Assembly (NCBI RefSeq): GCF_004010195.1
Contig: NC_057758.1
Coordinates: forward strand, 5,765,997-5,829,996
Source of the DNA: Chiloscyllium plagiosum
Lineage: Eukaryota
Direction: 5' to 3'
Length of the DNA stretch: 64,000 nucleotides
In this document: piece after piece, positions 24,043-36,199 of the stretch
Layout of the letters: each line of letters starts with the position of its first letter
Position numbering within the stretch: the first letter of the stretch is position 1
Notes under the pieces: model-generated
Told to the model about the DNA's origin: nothing
Databases searched by the model: none
What the model saw: the letters and a program-made list of their open reading frames with translations, nothing else
Position numbers and translations under genes: made by a program

Positions 24043-25839
24043 ATCTCCACCCCGTAGAATCTGCATTAATTAGTTTTCGCCTTTGTATTTAACCCTGTAA
24101 AGTTACTGACAGCCTGTCTTGATATGTCTGGCTGTTTTGTGCTGATATTCTGTTTACTATCTCATTTATGGACCATTGTTCATTACCTTATGCCTTTCAA
24201 ATTGCTCTCAATCCTGATAAATATTTTCTGCCTTCCTTCCAAGTGACTTGCTTCGGCATAATGCAATCTTAAAATTAATTTGGTAGACCGTGTCGATTCA
24301 CATTTTCCACTGAGATGTTCAAGGCATGTGTGTCTGGTGTAGACTGCGTTGAACTATTTAAATGTCACCCATTTCCCATTCATAGTTAAGTCGGTTGGCA
24401 CATTTTCGTAATTTAGCGTCATCAATTTTCACAGTCATACCTAGATGCCACACACTTATCAGATTTATGCACCAAGACTTAACAATAAAGTTTGCACATT
24501 CATACATGCTGTAGAACACTAATACGCTAACGTCAATATATCCTAAATTTTAACTACATCGAAGTTAATTAATTTACTTTGTTCTTGCGTATTGTTTAAT
24601 CAAACATAGAAAAAAACCGAACTAGAATATGAAATTGATGTAACAATTACAGGTATCATTCAAAGTAAAACAAGGTATTACTTTTATTTCTACAATTCTG
24701 AAAGATTTCTCTTCTTTTCTCCACAACGACCAATGATATCGAGTAAATTCAATGTAAGGATACAAATAAGTATATCGGTGTTACAAGCTTCAGTTATGGA
24801 GAGCAGGAAATGGAAAATACCATGTCGCCCTGCCAGGCAAAGGAAACAGAAAGTAAACTAACATTTTTTGATACGTTTTTACGGGATTTTCGGCCCAAAC
24901 AACAGGTTCGCATTCATGGGGTCTTCTTGAGTCTGCTGAGTACATTTTGAGTCATGGCAGAGAGCAGATGAATTTGGTTGTTGGAAGACCCACTATTCGA
25001 ATGTAACACAGATAGAAGTAAAAAGAAGAAAATGGCAGGAAATTGTACGAGGTCCAAGAACAACTTTATTGTATTTTCGATATAGGTATTCAATCTGCTT
25101 CTCCAAAAACGTTTTGTAAACATTACAAAACCTAGTCTTCAGCAAAAATTGTGCAGATTAGATATCATCAATGAAAATATAAATTGTAGTCTTCCTTTTT
25201 TAACAGCATTAGCTAAGATACATGCTTGGCTATTTTTTCGTTTTAAAGTGTGGTCAATTGCCTTTTTATTGCCATTCCTCAAAGTTGCGAAAATGGATAT
25301 ATTATATATTCTTCAGTTGGTAGATCCCGTCGAACGACAGTCCGTTTCCAATTTTTAGTAAATGTAAGTCGGTGTCATTTTGCTTGGGGTTTTGCAGTAA
25401 ATGTTACATTCATTCTGTTTGTTGCCACGAATGCATTTGTATTATTCTTTTCAATCAGATGGTCAAAACGTAATTTAAAAAGAGGCATCCGTACATATTT
25501 TCCACCGAGTTATGTGATTTCTTTTACCAGTCGAATAGATCTCTACAGTGATGACCATTTGCATTATTAGCTTACTGTTTTATGTCCAGAGATATTCGTG
25601 AAATATGCCGTTGTGTTTATGTTTGACTTTAAAACAGATCATTGATGGTGTCAGCAGAAAGTTAAATCGTGTTCATTTTGGTGGATCAGTTGACTTTTCT
25701 GATTGGATTTATAATCCAATATTCGACTCTTTCTCGAGGCATGATATTGAGACAGTCTGTGTCTTCAGCAGATCACTCGCATCCTCCTGGGGCCTTAATG
25801 TGAATTTGTTCATAGTCGTAAAATTATACAGAATTTAAC

Positions 25840-27610
25840 ACAGACCCTTTGATACAACTGGCAAGTGCCGAACAGATGTGTTGAGATGAACTAGCTCCAT
25901 TAGCCTGTGTTTGTCCATATCACTCTCAGCATTTCATAATTATGTATATGCTCAATTTCTTAAAATGCTGTCGTTCTGATCGCTGCTTCTGCTTCCTCCA
26001 CAGACTCATTCCACGTATGCACCACCAACACTTTGAAAATTTGTTATGCAAGTAATTTTAAATGAAAATTGGAAGTCCGAGTCCAGGTTTCACTTAAAGT
26101 AAACTTACAGGTTAAGTCGCTAGTTAGGATGGCAAATACAATGCTGTCATTCATCTCGAGAGGGCCGGAATGTAAAAACAACGATGAATTTCTGAGACTT
26201 CATAATGTTATGGTCATACCACATTTAGAGTAGTTAAGAAAGTCTCAGCCACATATGTCAGGAAATATATATTCACCCTGGAACAGGTTCAGAGAAGGTT
26301 CACGAGAATAATCCCAGGAATAAAAAGTTTAACATATGATGATCGCTTCATAGAGCTAGGACTATCCGTACGGGGTATTGAAAGATGAGCGGGGGATTCG
26401 ATTGAAATTTACAGACTACTGAATGGCCTGTACAAAGCGGAAAGAAGTTTCTATTGTTAGGAGAAACTAGGATCGAGGGAAGAGCCTCATATTAAAGGGA
26501 AGAGACTTTAGGCATAGATAAAGGGAATCGTGTTATGGACCAAAACAAGCACACCCAAACATATATTGCGAAGGCAGTCCAGACTGTAACATCTTGCTTA
26601 TTTTAACGCTAGGTGTAAGATGCATTGTTACAGATGAAATTCGATTGGGCAAACTGTTGGTTGTTAAACAAAACACTTTTTCCATACACTGTATTTAAAA
26701 TGCATTAAAAAGTAACAATTCGAGAAGAAAAATCTGATTTTACTGAAACTCTATTGAAATCGCAAATAAAATAATATATTAACGACGACAAATTAACTGT
26801 TGCAATACAGTAACATCACATAAACACACACTTGGCAAAGGCAGATTCAGCAAGGTCAATTTTCTGACATGCCATTTTAGTAGCTGAGACAGAATCCCAG
26901 CCTTTGCTTCTAACAGAGACAGGAATTAGAGCTCCCAGATCCAGTTTAAAGATACCAGCAAAGGATATTGAAGGCAACAACTTGGAAAAAAACAGGTCCT
27001 GGGCAGGTTGTACCAACCAGTTCAGGCCATTTCTACTGTTCCAAATTCAAAATAAATCAAGGCCTCACAAGCTGTTTACTTTACAGATTTTGGAACAGAA
27101 CATTCAGCAGCTTTCTTCATTTCCAAAACTTAAAGCCGTAGTATCATCACGTTTGCCATGTCCTTCTTTCAAGTTTACGAGAGTCCAATACCAGAGGAAA
27201 TAAGCCTTTGGTGAGAGAGGACAGGAGATAAGGAGAAACTTCTCAACCACAGAGAGGTTAATCTGTGGGATTTATTACCACACAAGGCTGTGGAGGACAG
27301 GTCATTCAGAATATTTAAAACAAAAATAAACACGTTCTTGATTGCCAACGTGATCAAAGGTTGTGTGGAAAAGCAGTACGACGGGGTTGAAAACAAAATC
27401 TTTTGTTCAGGATGAAATGGAAGAGCAGGCTCGATGGGCCGATTGGCCTAACTTCTGCTGCTGCTTTGTGGTCTTAAGATCTTACAGTACATGTTGGTTT
27501 ACAGGGGTGGGGGAGAGGGGCTGGTCAGTGTGGGATGTTCTTTGATGGTTAGTGCAGCGATAATTGGCCGAATGGCTTTCTCTCACACTGTCAGCACTCT
27601 CTGGATTACA
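25840..27610. mobile_element. Nested CR1 3' fragments (- then +) with a SINE 3' end at ~27490-27610
   Basis: RT C-terminal motifs (LEQVQRRFTRIIPGIK) and CR1 3' UTR GATGGGCCGATTGGCCT. Confidence 0.7.
26531..27151 (-). mobile_element. Probable solo LTR related to 21416-22018
   Basis: Starts TGTTATGGAC on +; collinear similarity to the reverse complement of 21416-22018; no convincing TSD. Confidence 0.5.
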
Positions 27611-27660
27611 ACTATGTCCTGTCTCACCAAAGGCTTATTTTCTCTGGTATTGGACTCTCA

Positions 27661-28092
27661 TAAACCCCATGTCTTCCGATGCTTCTTATTTTGCTTCTTC
27701 ATGTCGTGACTGTCAGACATATTAAGGTTCCCACAGGAGACCGCAGGAGACGCCGATATCAGAACAATAAAACTAATAAATGCGACACATAAATGAAGAG
27801 CATGAGGAACTCCATTGCTTTGGACTTTGCCATTTTAGGCAGTTTTGTCCTGTTTTGTCTGACATATATTGCACATTTTCTACTTGTGCGAATTTCAGGT
27901 GACAGCTATTCGGTCGGTTCAAATCCCAATGACCCAAAATTTATTCTGCAGTAAATCGGATACATGCTGCAACTCTTGCATTCATGCTCGAATACGGGCA
28001 TTTATGCAATGGCACAGACAAAGTTGACAGGTGATTTCAAAGATTCTTTCAGATACTTCACCAAGAGTATTACGACATGTCCCATACAGTGA
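27661..28092 (+). pseudogene. GPR139-like class A GPCR pseudogene fragment (TM5-TM7 and C-tail)
   Basis: Single frame from 27661 reads *TPCLPMLLILLLHVVTVRHI..RRRRR..CDT*MKSMRNSIAL.FAILGSFVLF..DPKFILQ*IGYMLQLLHSCSNTGIYAMAQTK, aligning with the intact receptor at 45279-46183; TAA stops at 27661, 27790 and 27952. Confidence 0.92.
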
Positions 28093-28529
28093 GACCGGCT
28101 GAATAACTAGAAGTGACTTCCACACTTCACTAAAGCAACACACATTCTTATGAATCTGCAGCTCATAAATTCTGGCACGTGTAAAGGCAATGATCGACAA
28201 ACTAACCCACAGATCTCTTTATATATTTGTGGTAGCCACCTATGACATAGATATTGTTTCTCAAGTTATCGCCTCTTCTGCCAGGCGCAAAAGCTCACAA
28301 TAAGAAGATTTCCGTTTGGAATTGATTTGATTGATCCATGTGTAAAATCTGGAGGGGAGGATATCCATCGTCTCTGTTAAAATCTTTAAGATAACTTTGT
28401 TTTGCAATTTTACAAAAAAATGTACTCAAGCACGCTAAGATTGCCCCTTCTCCTAAACGTCAGAGAAAAAAATTTGGCCAACAGAAGATTTTCTTTCTCG
28501 TGATCATGACAGGAAAGATCTACTCCTTC

Positions 28530-31410
28530 GAATGCACTGACAATTTTCTCTCCCCGTATTAAATTGTGAAAAGATAAGTCCCTGGAGATCTTAAAACGAA
28601 ACACAGAACCGTTTGCATTGCACAATATTCTTTGTGACATAAGCTGTAGCATTTGCACTTCAGGGACTGCAACAGATTGCAGCAGTGTATTTGTCCAATT
28701 TTGTTCCCAGAGGTTTTGATTCGAGGAGACGGTTGGAGTTTCGGTCGGAGCAAATGCACTGACAATTTTCTCTCCCCGTATTAAATTGTGAAAAGATAAG
28801 TCCCTGGAGAATTTAAAACGAAACACAGAACCGTTTGCATTGCACAATATTCTTTGTGACATAAGCTGTAGCATTTGCACTTCAGGGACTGCAACAGATT
28901 GCAGCAGTGTATTTGTCCAATTTTGCTCCCAGAGGTTTTGATTCGAGGAGACGGTTGGAGTTTCGGTCGGAGCAAAAATAAATCAGACGTTTGTACATAC
29001 TGGAGGGCAAGCAACGCAATCCCAGTAAATCAAAACAGAAAATCATCAGGGTGGTGTCATGAGACCAAAGATATTTCGCTCATATCAACGATCGTCCCTC
29101 CATCAAAGTGGGGATTTGATGATTTCACCATGTGACACAAGCAGGAGTCTCATTTGGTATGGAAAATGTAATTCCTCGTATAAAAGCGAGGAATTGGACA
29201 CCCCAACAGAAGTTTCTCCACTCTCTATGTATCCTTCTCATTTTCTCCGAGGTTCTTCTGCTTTTTTATCATTTTGTTTTCCCGTTGCTCTCAGTCTAGC
29301 CTCCATGCGCCTCCAGACAGATCGCGTCCTGGTCTCTCGGTGGCTCTCAGTATGGTCTCTCCGCGGCTCGTGACGTGTCCTGAACTGATATCTCGGCAGC
29401 TGTCAGCCCGATCTCTCGGCAGGATGTCAGTTGGTCTCTCGAAATTTCGTGGCAGTATTTTGGCTCGGCATAAGAGTGTATCCTGCAGAAGTATGTACCC
29501 TGAGGCACAGGGAGTTATCGATGAGGCTGCAATTTCAAAAGCACTGATTCTGTGTGTAGTGGTGGCGTCGAAGGCAGACAGCAGAGCGAGATGCACGGAG
29601 GAATCATCAGTTGAATGGTTAACATATTCCTTTAATACCTCGTTTAATCCGTGAGAAACGTTATTGTAAACTGTTGCCAAATTCTTTAATTTTCTAATGT
29701 TCTATGAAGGAATACTTCGCTTTGTAACTCATGTTTCTCCTCGTACTTTGTACCGGAACTCTTTTGTGCCGAGGTAACTTGCATCTGAGATGGAATCATG
29801 TATGCCAACATTATCCAACTTTCACTTTACACCTTCACTTCAATACATAACCTCACGTCGCAAATAAAATCTGAAAAGCGAGTTCACCAGTAACTAGAAC
29901 AACAGTTATTTTGCAGCAATAAATATGACATGGCCATGCAAAATTGAAATAGTGGCCAAGGTATAAAGGGAACACGGCGCTTAAAATAAGTGTAGCACAA
30001 ACATAGCAAAGCTCTATCGCTCTGAAAGTTGTTGCATTTTAAGAAAAGAGAGTGCAGACCTTCAAGCGCACAGTCAAAGGGGATTGACGCAGGCAGGAAA
30101 TTGAAGTTGTCAAAACAATCAGATTATCCATGATGTTATTACATTTTGGAACTGGTGTGTCAGCCGGACAACTGCCATTGGTTTTAACTCATTAGTTGCA
30201 CTCTAGTACACAGTTTAACAATATCAAAACATAATTTTGCCAAATATGACCGAGTGTGTTATTGGAAAAAAAAGCTTTTTTTCCACATTGCCACCTGTGT
30301 GCAAGCAACGGAGTGAACAGTTTTAGAGATGGATGGAGGTTTGGGTGTTAGGTGACAATTAGATCAGCAATGATTTAATCGACCGGAAGTGGAAGTTGAA
30401 TTTACTTCATGTTCAACTCCTTGAACTCCACGTTTTGTAAAACATTTATCTTACATTACCCTAAAATAAATATTGATTTCAAAATCCATATCTTTTCATG
30501 AGGCCTCTGAACCATTTCTGAACAAGGTGTTTGTTCCCTCATCGGCGGCCTTTCATTTTTTTTGTTTCTACATTCCACTCGCTGTAGCGAGCCCGCTCGG
30601 AGGCTGTCTTCTGAAATGAGCCGATTCTAATCTTCGTGGAGCATCTTATTAAACATTCCCACATTATTGTGACATCGCTATCTCTCCAGGGAGCCGGTGT
30701 CCAGCAGAGCCAAGTAGGGGCGATGCCTCCGTGAAATTCTAAGTGGGCTATCGGGATAAAATGAAAATAGATTTGAAGTGGTGAATGAAGGAGTCCACCT
30801 TCCACGATGAGCCACACTTCCTAAAGGGATTTATGAAACGCATCCTTCCACTTCAATTACTCTCTCTCCAGGCTTCCATATATATATTTTTTTTAAATTG
30901 ACTGATGGAATTCCAATATAAATATGCACTATCTACTCCATCGAAAGTTCGGATGAATTTTTAAACCTGGTTATGGGCAACTGGGAGTTTTGGTGTTCAT
31001 GTTAACAACTTCTTCTCCTCTAAAACAACAACCGCAAAATACTCAATGAAAGTCAAACGCAAATAAAATATAGAGCAAATCACTTCGCACCTTACACAGT
31101 TAAAAAAAAAACACTCCCACAGTTAAAAAAAAACACTCCCACAGCATATCTGCACAAATATAAATCAGAGTAAAGTTTATTCTTCTTTGTTCTGGTTGAA
31201 CCTCTAGGGCCAGTACAGTTCGGTGTTTGGTGCTAAGAAAACATTCGGCGTATTCGCCTAAAATCGCGATTCCCTGAATGCAGATACAGGACTTGATTAC
31301 ATTCAAAGTAAAAGAATCCCTGACACGGTTCCACTGTTCCATCAAACAGCCCCATCCCTTGTTCAGAAGTAAAACAGAAGAAATAATGAAATGCAGAATG
31401 ATACAGTATA
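28530..31410 (+). repeat. Paralogous block copy 2 (3' flank of the + strand GPCR pseudogene)
   Basis: Roughly 90% identical by eye to 60334-62730; more distantly related to 15770-18590 and 35033-36150. Confidence 0.92.
28531..28974 (+). repeat. Near-perfect 222-bp tandem duplication
   Basis: AATGCACTGACAATTTTCTC at 28531 and 28753; only a few mismatches seen. Confidence 0.95.
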
Positions 31411-34400
31411 TACAACATTGAACATTACAGCGCAGTGCAGGCAATTTGGCCCTCGAAGTTGCGCCGACATGTCATATCAATCTGAAGCCAATCTAACCGG
31501 CACTATTCTGTGTACGTCCATACGCTTGTCCAATGACGATTTAAATGTACTTAAAGTTGGCGAAAGTACTACCGTTGCAGGCAAAGCATTCCATACCCTT
31601 ACTACACTCTGAATAAAGACACTACCTCTAACATCTGTCCTATATCTATCACCCCTCAATTTAAAGCTATGCCCCATCGTGCTCGCCGTCACCATACTTC
31701 GAAAAAGGCTCTCCCTGTCCACCCTATCTAACCGTCAGGTCATCTTATATGTCTCTATTAAGTAACCTCTCAACCTTCTTCTCTCCAACGAAGACAGCAT
31801 CAAGTCCCTCAGCCTTTCATCGTAAGACATTCCCCCCATACCAGACAATATCCTAGTAAATCTCTTCTGCATCATTTCAAAAGCTTCCACATCCTTCTTA
31901 TAATACGGTGACCAGAACTGTCCACAATACTCCAAGTGCAGCCGCACCAGAGTTTTGTACAGCTGAAGCATAACCTCATGGTTCCGGAACTCGATCCCTC
32001 TATCAATAAAAGCCATAGCACTGTATGCCCTCTCAACAATCCTGTCAAACTGGGTGGCAACTTTTAAGGATCTGTGTACCTGGACGACGAGATCTCTTTG
32101 CTCATCTACACAACGAAGAATCTTACCATTATCCCAGGACTTTGCATTCCAGTTACTCCGACCAAAGTGAATCACCTCACACTTGTCCGCATTGAATTCC
32201 AATTGCCAGCTCTCAGCCCAGCTCTGCAACTTATCTATGTCTGTCTGTATCCACAACTCCACCAACCTTAGTGTCGTCTGCAAATTTACAAACCTACCCC
32301 TCTACTCCCTCATGCAGGTCGTTTGTAAAACTGACGAACAGCAGTGGGCCGAAAACCGATCCTTGCGGTACACCACTAGTAACTGGACTCCAGGATGAGC
32401 ATTTTCCATCAACAAGCATCCTCTGTCATCTTTCAGCAATCCAATTACTGAACCAAACTGCTGTATCTCCTACAGTCCCATTCCTCCGCATTTTGTACAA
32501 TAGACTATTTTGGTGAACCTTATCGAAAGCCTTGCTGAAATCCATATACACCACAGCATACGGTTTACTCTCATGTAAATGTTTGGTCACCTTCTCAAAG
32601 AACTCAATGAGGTTTGTGAGGCACGACCTATCTTTCACAAAACTGTGTTGACTATACCGAATCAAATTATTATTTTCTTGATGATTATAAATCCTATGTC
32701 TTATAACCGTTTCCAACACTTTATCAACATTTGAAGTAAGGCTCACTGGTCTATAATTACCAGGATTATCTCGACTCCCGTTGTTCAGGGGAACCACGTT
32801 TGCTAACCTCCAGTGTTCTGGCACTGTTTCTGCAGACAATGGCGATTTAAATATCAATACCAAAGGCTCAGCAATCTCCTCCCTGGCTTCCCAGAGGATC
32901 CTAGAATAAATCCCGTCCACCACAGGGGACCTATCTATTTTTACACTCTGCAGGATTTCTAATATCTCTTCCTTGTGAACCACAATCCCACCGAGTCGAG
33001 TAGCCTGTATCTCCGCATTCTGCTTGACAACATTGTCGCTTTCTGGAGTGAATACTGTCTAAAAGTATTCATGTAGTGCTTCCCTTATCTCCTCTGACTC
33101 CACACACAACTTCCCACTACTATCCTTGATTGGCCCTAATCTAACTCTCGTCATTCTTTTATTCCTTATATACTTATAGAAAGCCTGAAGGTTCACCCTG
33201 ATCCTATCTGCCAACAACTTCTCATGTGTCCTCCTGGCTCTTCTGAACTCTCTCTTTAGGTCTTTCCTGGCTACCTTGTAACCCTCACGTGCCCTAACTG
33301 AACCTTCACAACTCATCCTAACATAAGACTTATTCTTCCTCTTGACCAGAGATTCCACTTCCTTCATAAACCACGGCACCCGCGATTTCCAGCTTCCTCC
33401 CTGCCTGACAGGTACGTACTTATCTAGGACACTCAGGAGCTTTTCCTTGAATAACCTCCATAGTTCTAATGCGCCCACCCCCTGCAGTTTCCATACCCAT
33501 CCTATGCTTCCTAAATCTTGCCTAATCGCATTTTAATTGCCTTTCTCCCAGCTATAATTTTGCCCACTAGTATACACATACCCCTTTCTATCACTAAAGT
33601 AAACATAACAGAATTGTGATCGTTATCACCAAAGCGCTCACCGACTTCCAAGTCTAAAACCTGGCCGGGCACATTACACAGTACGAAATCTAATGTGGCT
33701 ACTCCCCTTGCTGGCCTGTCGACATACTGTGTCAGGAAGCGCTCATGCACACATTGGACAAAATCTGACCCATCGATAGCACTTGTACTATAGTGTTCCC
33801 AGTCAATATTTGGAAAGTTGAAATCCCCAATGACAACTACCCTGTCTCTCTCACTCCCATCGACAATCATCTTTGCTGTCCTTTCCTCTACATCTTTGGA
33901 ACTATTCGGAAACTCCCAACAGGGTGACCTCTCTTTTCCTGTTTCTATCATCAGCGCATACTACCTCAGTTGACGAGTCCTTTTGCAACTGTAATAGTCC
34001 TTGAACAAAATTCAACACCTCCCCCTCTTTTACCATCTTCTCTGTTCTTAATGAAACATATAAATTCTGGAACATGCAACAACCATGCCTGTCTCTGCTC
34101 TACCCATGTCTCTTAAATGGCCACAACTTCGAAGTCCCATGTACCAACCCATGCTGCAAGTTCACCCACCTTATTCCGGATTCTCCTGGCGTTGAAGCAG
34201 ACACACTTCAAACCAACATCTTGCTTTCTGGTGCCATTGTGCGTCCATGAAACTTTATTTCGAACCTCCGTACTCTCAAAATTTTCTTTACTCGAACTAC
34301 AATTTTGGTTCCCCTCCACCTGCTGGATTAGTTTAAACCTACCAGAATAGCCTTGGCAAATCCACCCCCACCCCCCCCCCCCCCGCATCACATTGGTACC

Positions 34401-34705
34401 CCTCTGTTTTAGATTAAGACCATCCTGCTTGTAGTGGTCCCACCTACCCCAGAAAGAGCCCCAATTATCCAAAAATCAAAAACCCTCCCTCCAGCACGAT
34501 CCCTGGAACCACGTGCCTATGTGGACTACGACATGTGGCTGCTCCCCATCCCCCTTAAGTATCCCCAAAACACGATCAGCGACATCAGGAACCCTGCCAC
34601 CTGGGTGCCAACACACCAACCTTGAGTCTCTCTCGTCCCCACAGAACCTCCTGTCTGTCTCCCTAACTTTGGAGTCCCCAATGACTACTGCTCTGTTCCT
34701 CTTCT
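31410..34705 (-). mobile_element. CR1 LINE, 5'-truncated (ORF1 C-terminus, whole ORF2 span, 3' UTR), decayed
   Basis: ORFs 31477-34472: KCVCFNARRIRNK, VIGDFNFP, NYRPVSLTS, YMDFSKAFDKV, LEYCGQFWSP. Confidence 0.95.
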
Positions 34706-35032
34706 GAGAGGAAAATCTACCAAGAAGAATGGATAACTGGCTGGATTTTGAAACTTCAGAGTTAATTTTCCTAAATCATAATCGGCTTATTTTTAGCGAA
34801 CCAATACCTTGGAATGGCACTTAAAGAAAGAGCTAAAAGTAAGAATTTGGAAGCAGGTTGTGGTTTTACTTTTCGCTGTTGGACTGAAAGAATACAAGTG
34901 TTAATTTTTACTTTAAAAAGTGAAATCTGGGATAGTTCTTTGCCTCTCGAAATTTAAAAGATTGTGCTGCAAGATGAGTTTCTCTGTGTATCTGGTTTAA
35001 ATTAGCAGAGGAGCTTTCCCCTTGTCGTAACA
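34706..35032 (+). mobile_element. Possible LTR 3' fragment
   Basis: Ends ..CCCCTTGTCGTAACA exactly where homology to the paralogous block begins. Confidence 0.4.
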
Positions 35033-36150
35033 TAATAAATGTGACTTGGCCATGCAAATTCAAGATAATGGTTTATGGTATGACTGTGATATGGTACTTC
35101 AAATTAGTGTATCATAAAGACAAACAAGGATCTCGCACTCCAATTTTTTAAAGAGAGTGTTTTCAGCCTTTCATTTATAGAGGCAAAAGAAATCCGGGCA
35201 GGCAGGAAGTGAAGTTGACACCACAGACAGATCATCCGTGACCTTATCAAATTTTTGAACTGTTATGTGAGCCGGAGAACCTACATTAGAAATAAGTCAA
35301 GCAGTCAAGCATTAATAAGCATACCAAAAGGTAATTTTGCAGAATGATCCCCAGCTAGGTATTCGAAATTTCAAAACCTTCATTCCAGATTGAACATAAG
35401 TAGCGAAGGTTTGGTACATTGGATGGAAGTGTAGGTTTAAGGTGACAAATCGATAAACGACGATTTTAACGATGGAAAGTCCATGCTAGAGTTACATAGT
35501 GATCACCCCGTCAACGACATATGGTTATTAAACAGTTTATTGCACTTCCCTCTCAAGCGTGGTCTATCAATTTTCACGTTATTAACAGATTCAATGTCTC
35601 AAACTTTTCTCCATTTCTGTACAAGTTTTTTCACTCATCTTCCGACTTTTCTTTGTTTACTTTCCCACAACACACTAGCTGTGACGAGCCAGCTCGGAGT
35701 AAGTCGTCTGAAATAAGGAGATTCTATTCTTTTGCCTATGTATTCTTAAAATTATCCCCGCCCTACTGAGAAGAACTAAAACACCCCAGCTCCCCCAAAC
35801 ACAAGTATCCTCAAGGCATTCATAAAAATCGCGTCTTCCCTCTCGAAGGACCCCATCTCCTGACTTATATCTTTTTTTAATAGCTGCTGGGATTAGAATA
35901 TAGTTATTCACCATGTACTCTGTTGGAAGTTCGAATGATTATTAAAATCTGGATATGAGTATCGGAGAATGTGGGTATTTTTGCCAAGTGTTTGTACTCT
36001 GAATAGCAACTGCAGCAAGATACTCGTTTCATGTCGAAAACAAATAAGATACAGATCAGAGCACTTTCCAAATTGTTCAATCATAAATTCCCAGAATATA
36101 TCGGCACAAATTACATTCCGAGTAATGCTTTGTCTTCTTTGTTCCCATCG
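35033..36150 (+). repeat. Paralogous block copy 3 (partial, divergent)
   Basis: AATAAATGTGACTTGGCCATGCAAA, GCAGGCAGGAA, AAGTTCGAATGA, CAAATAAGATACAGA and GCACAAAT..GAGTAA..TCTTCTTTGTTC, collinear with 29920-31200. Confidence 0.8.
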
Positions 36151-36199
36151 GACGTTCTCGATATGTTCTGATGGGATGTTCAAAATTCAAAGTTTATGA

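Noticed and set aside
24914..25838. Hydrophobic short ORFs as the missing 5' half of the GPCR pseudogene
   Set aside because: No TM1-TM4 motifs (GKCGLS, ADLL, FDR) in the frames I translated
28410..28880. 156-aa ORF with an internal repeat
   Set aside because: By-product of the 222-bp tandem duplication
29059..30817. ORFs shared between block copies 2 and 4 as a novel gene
   Set aside because: Frames shift between copies (e.g. 29291-29680 vs 60695-60955) and no motifs or consistent splice sites were seen
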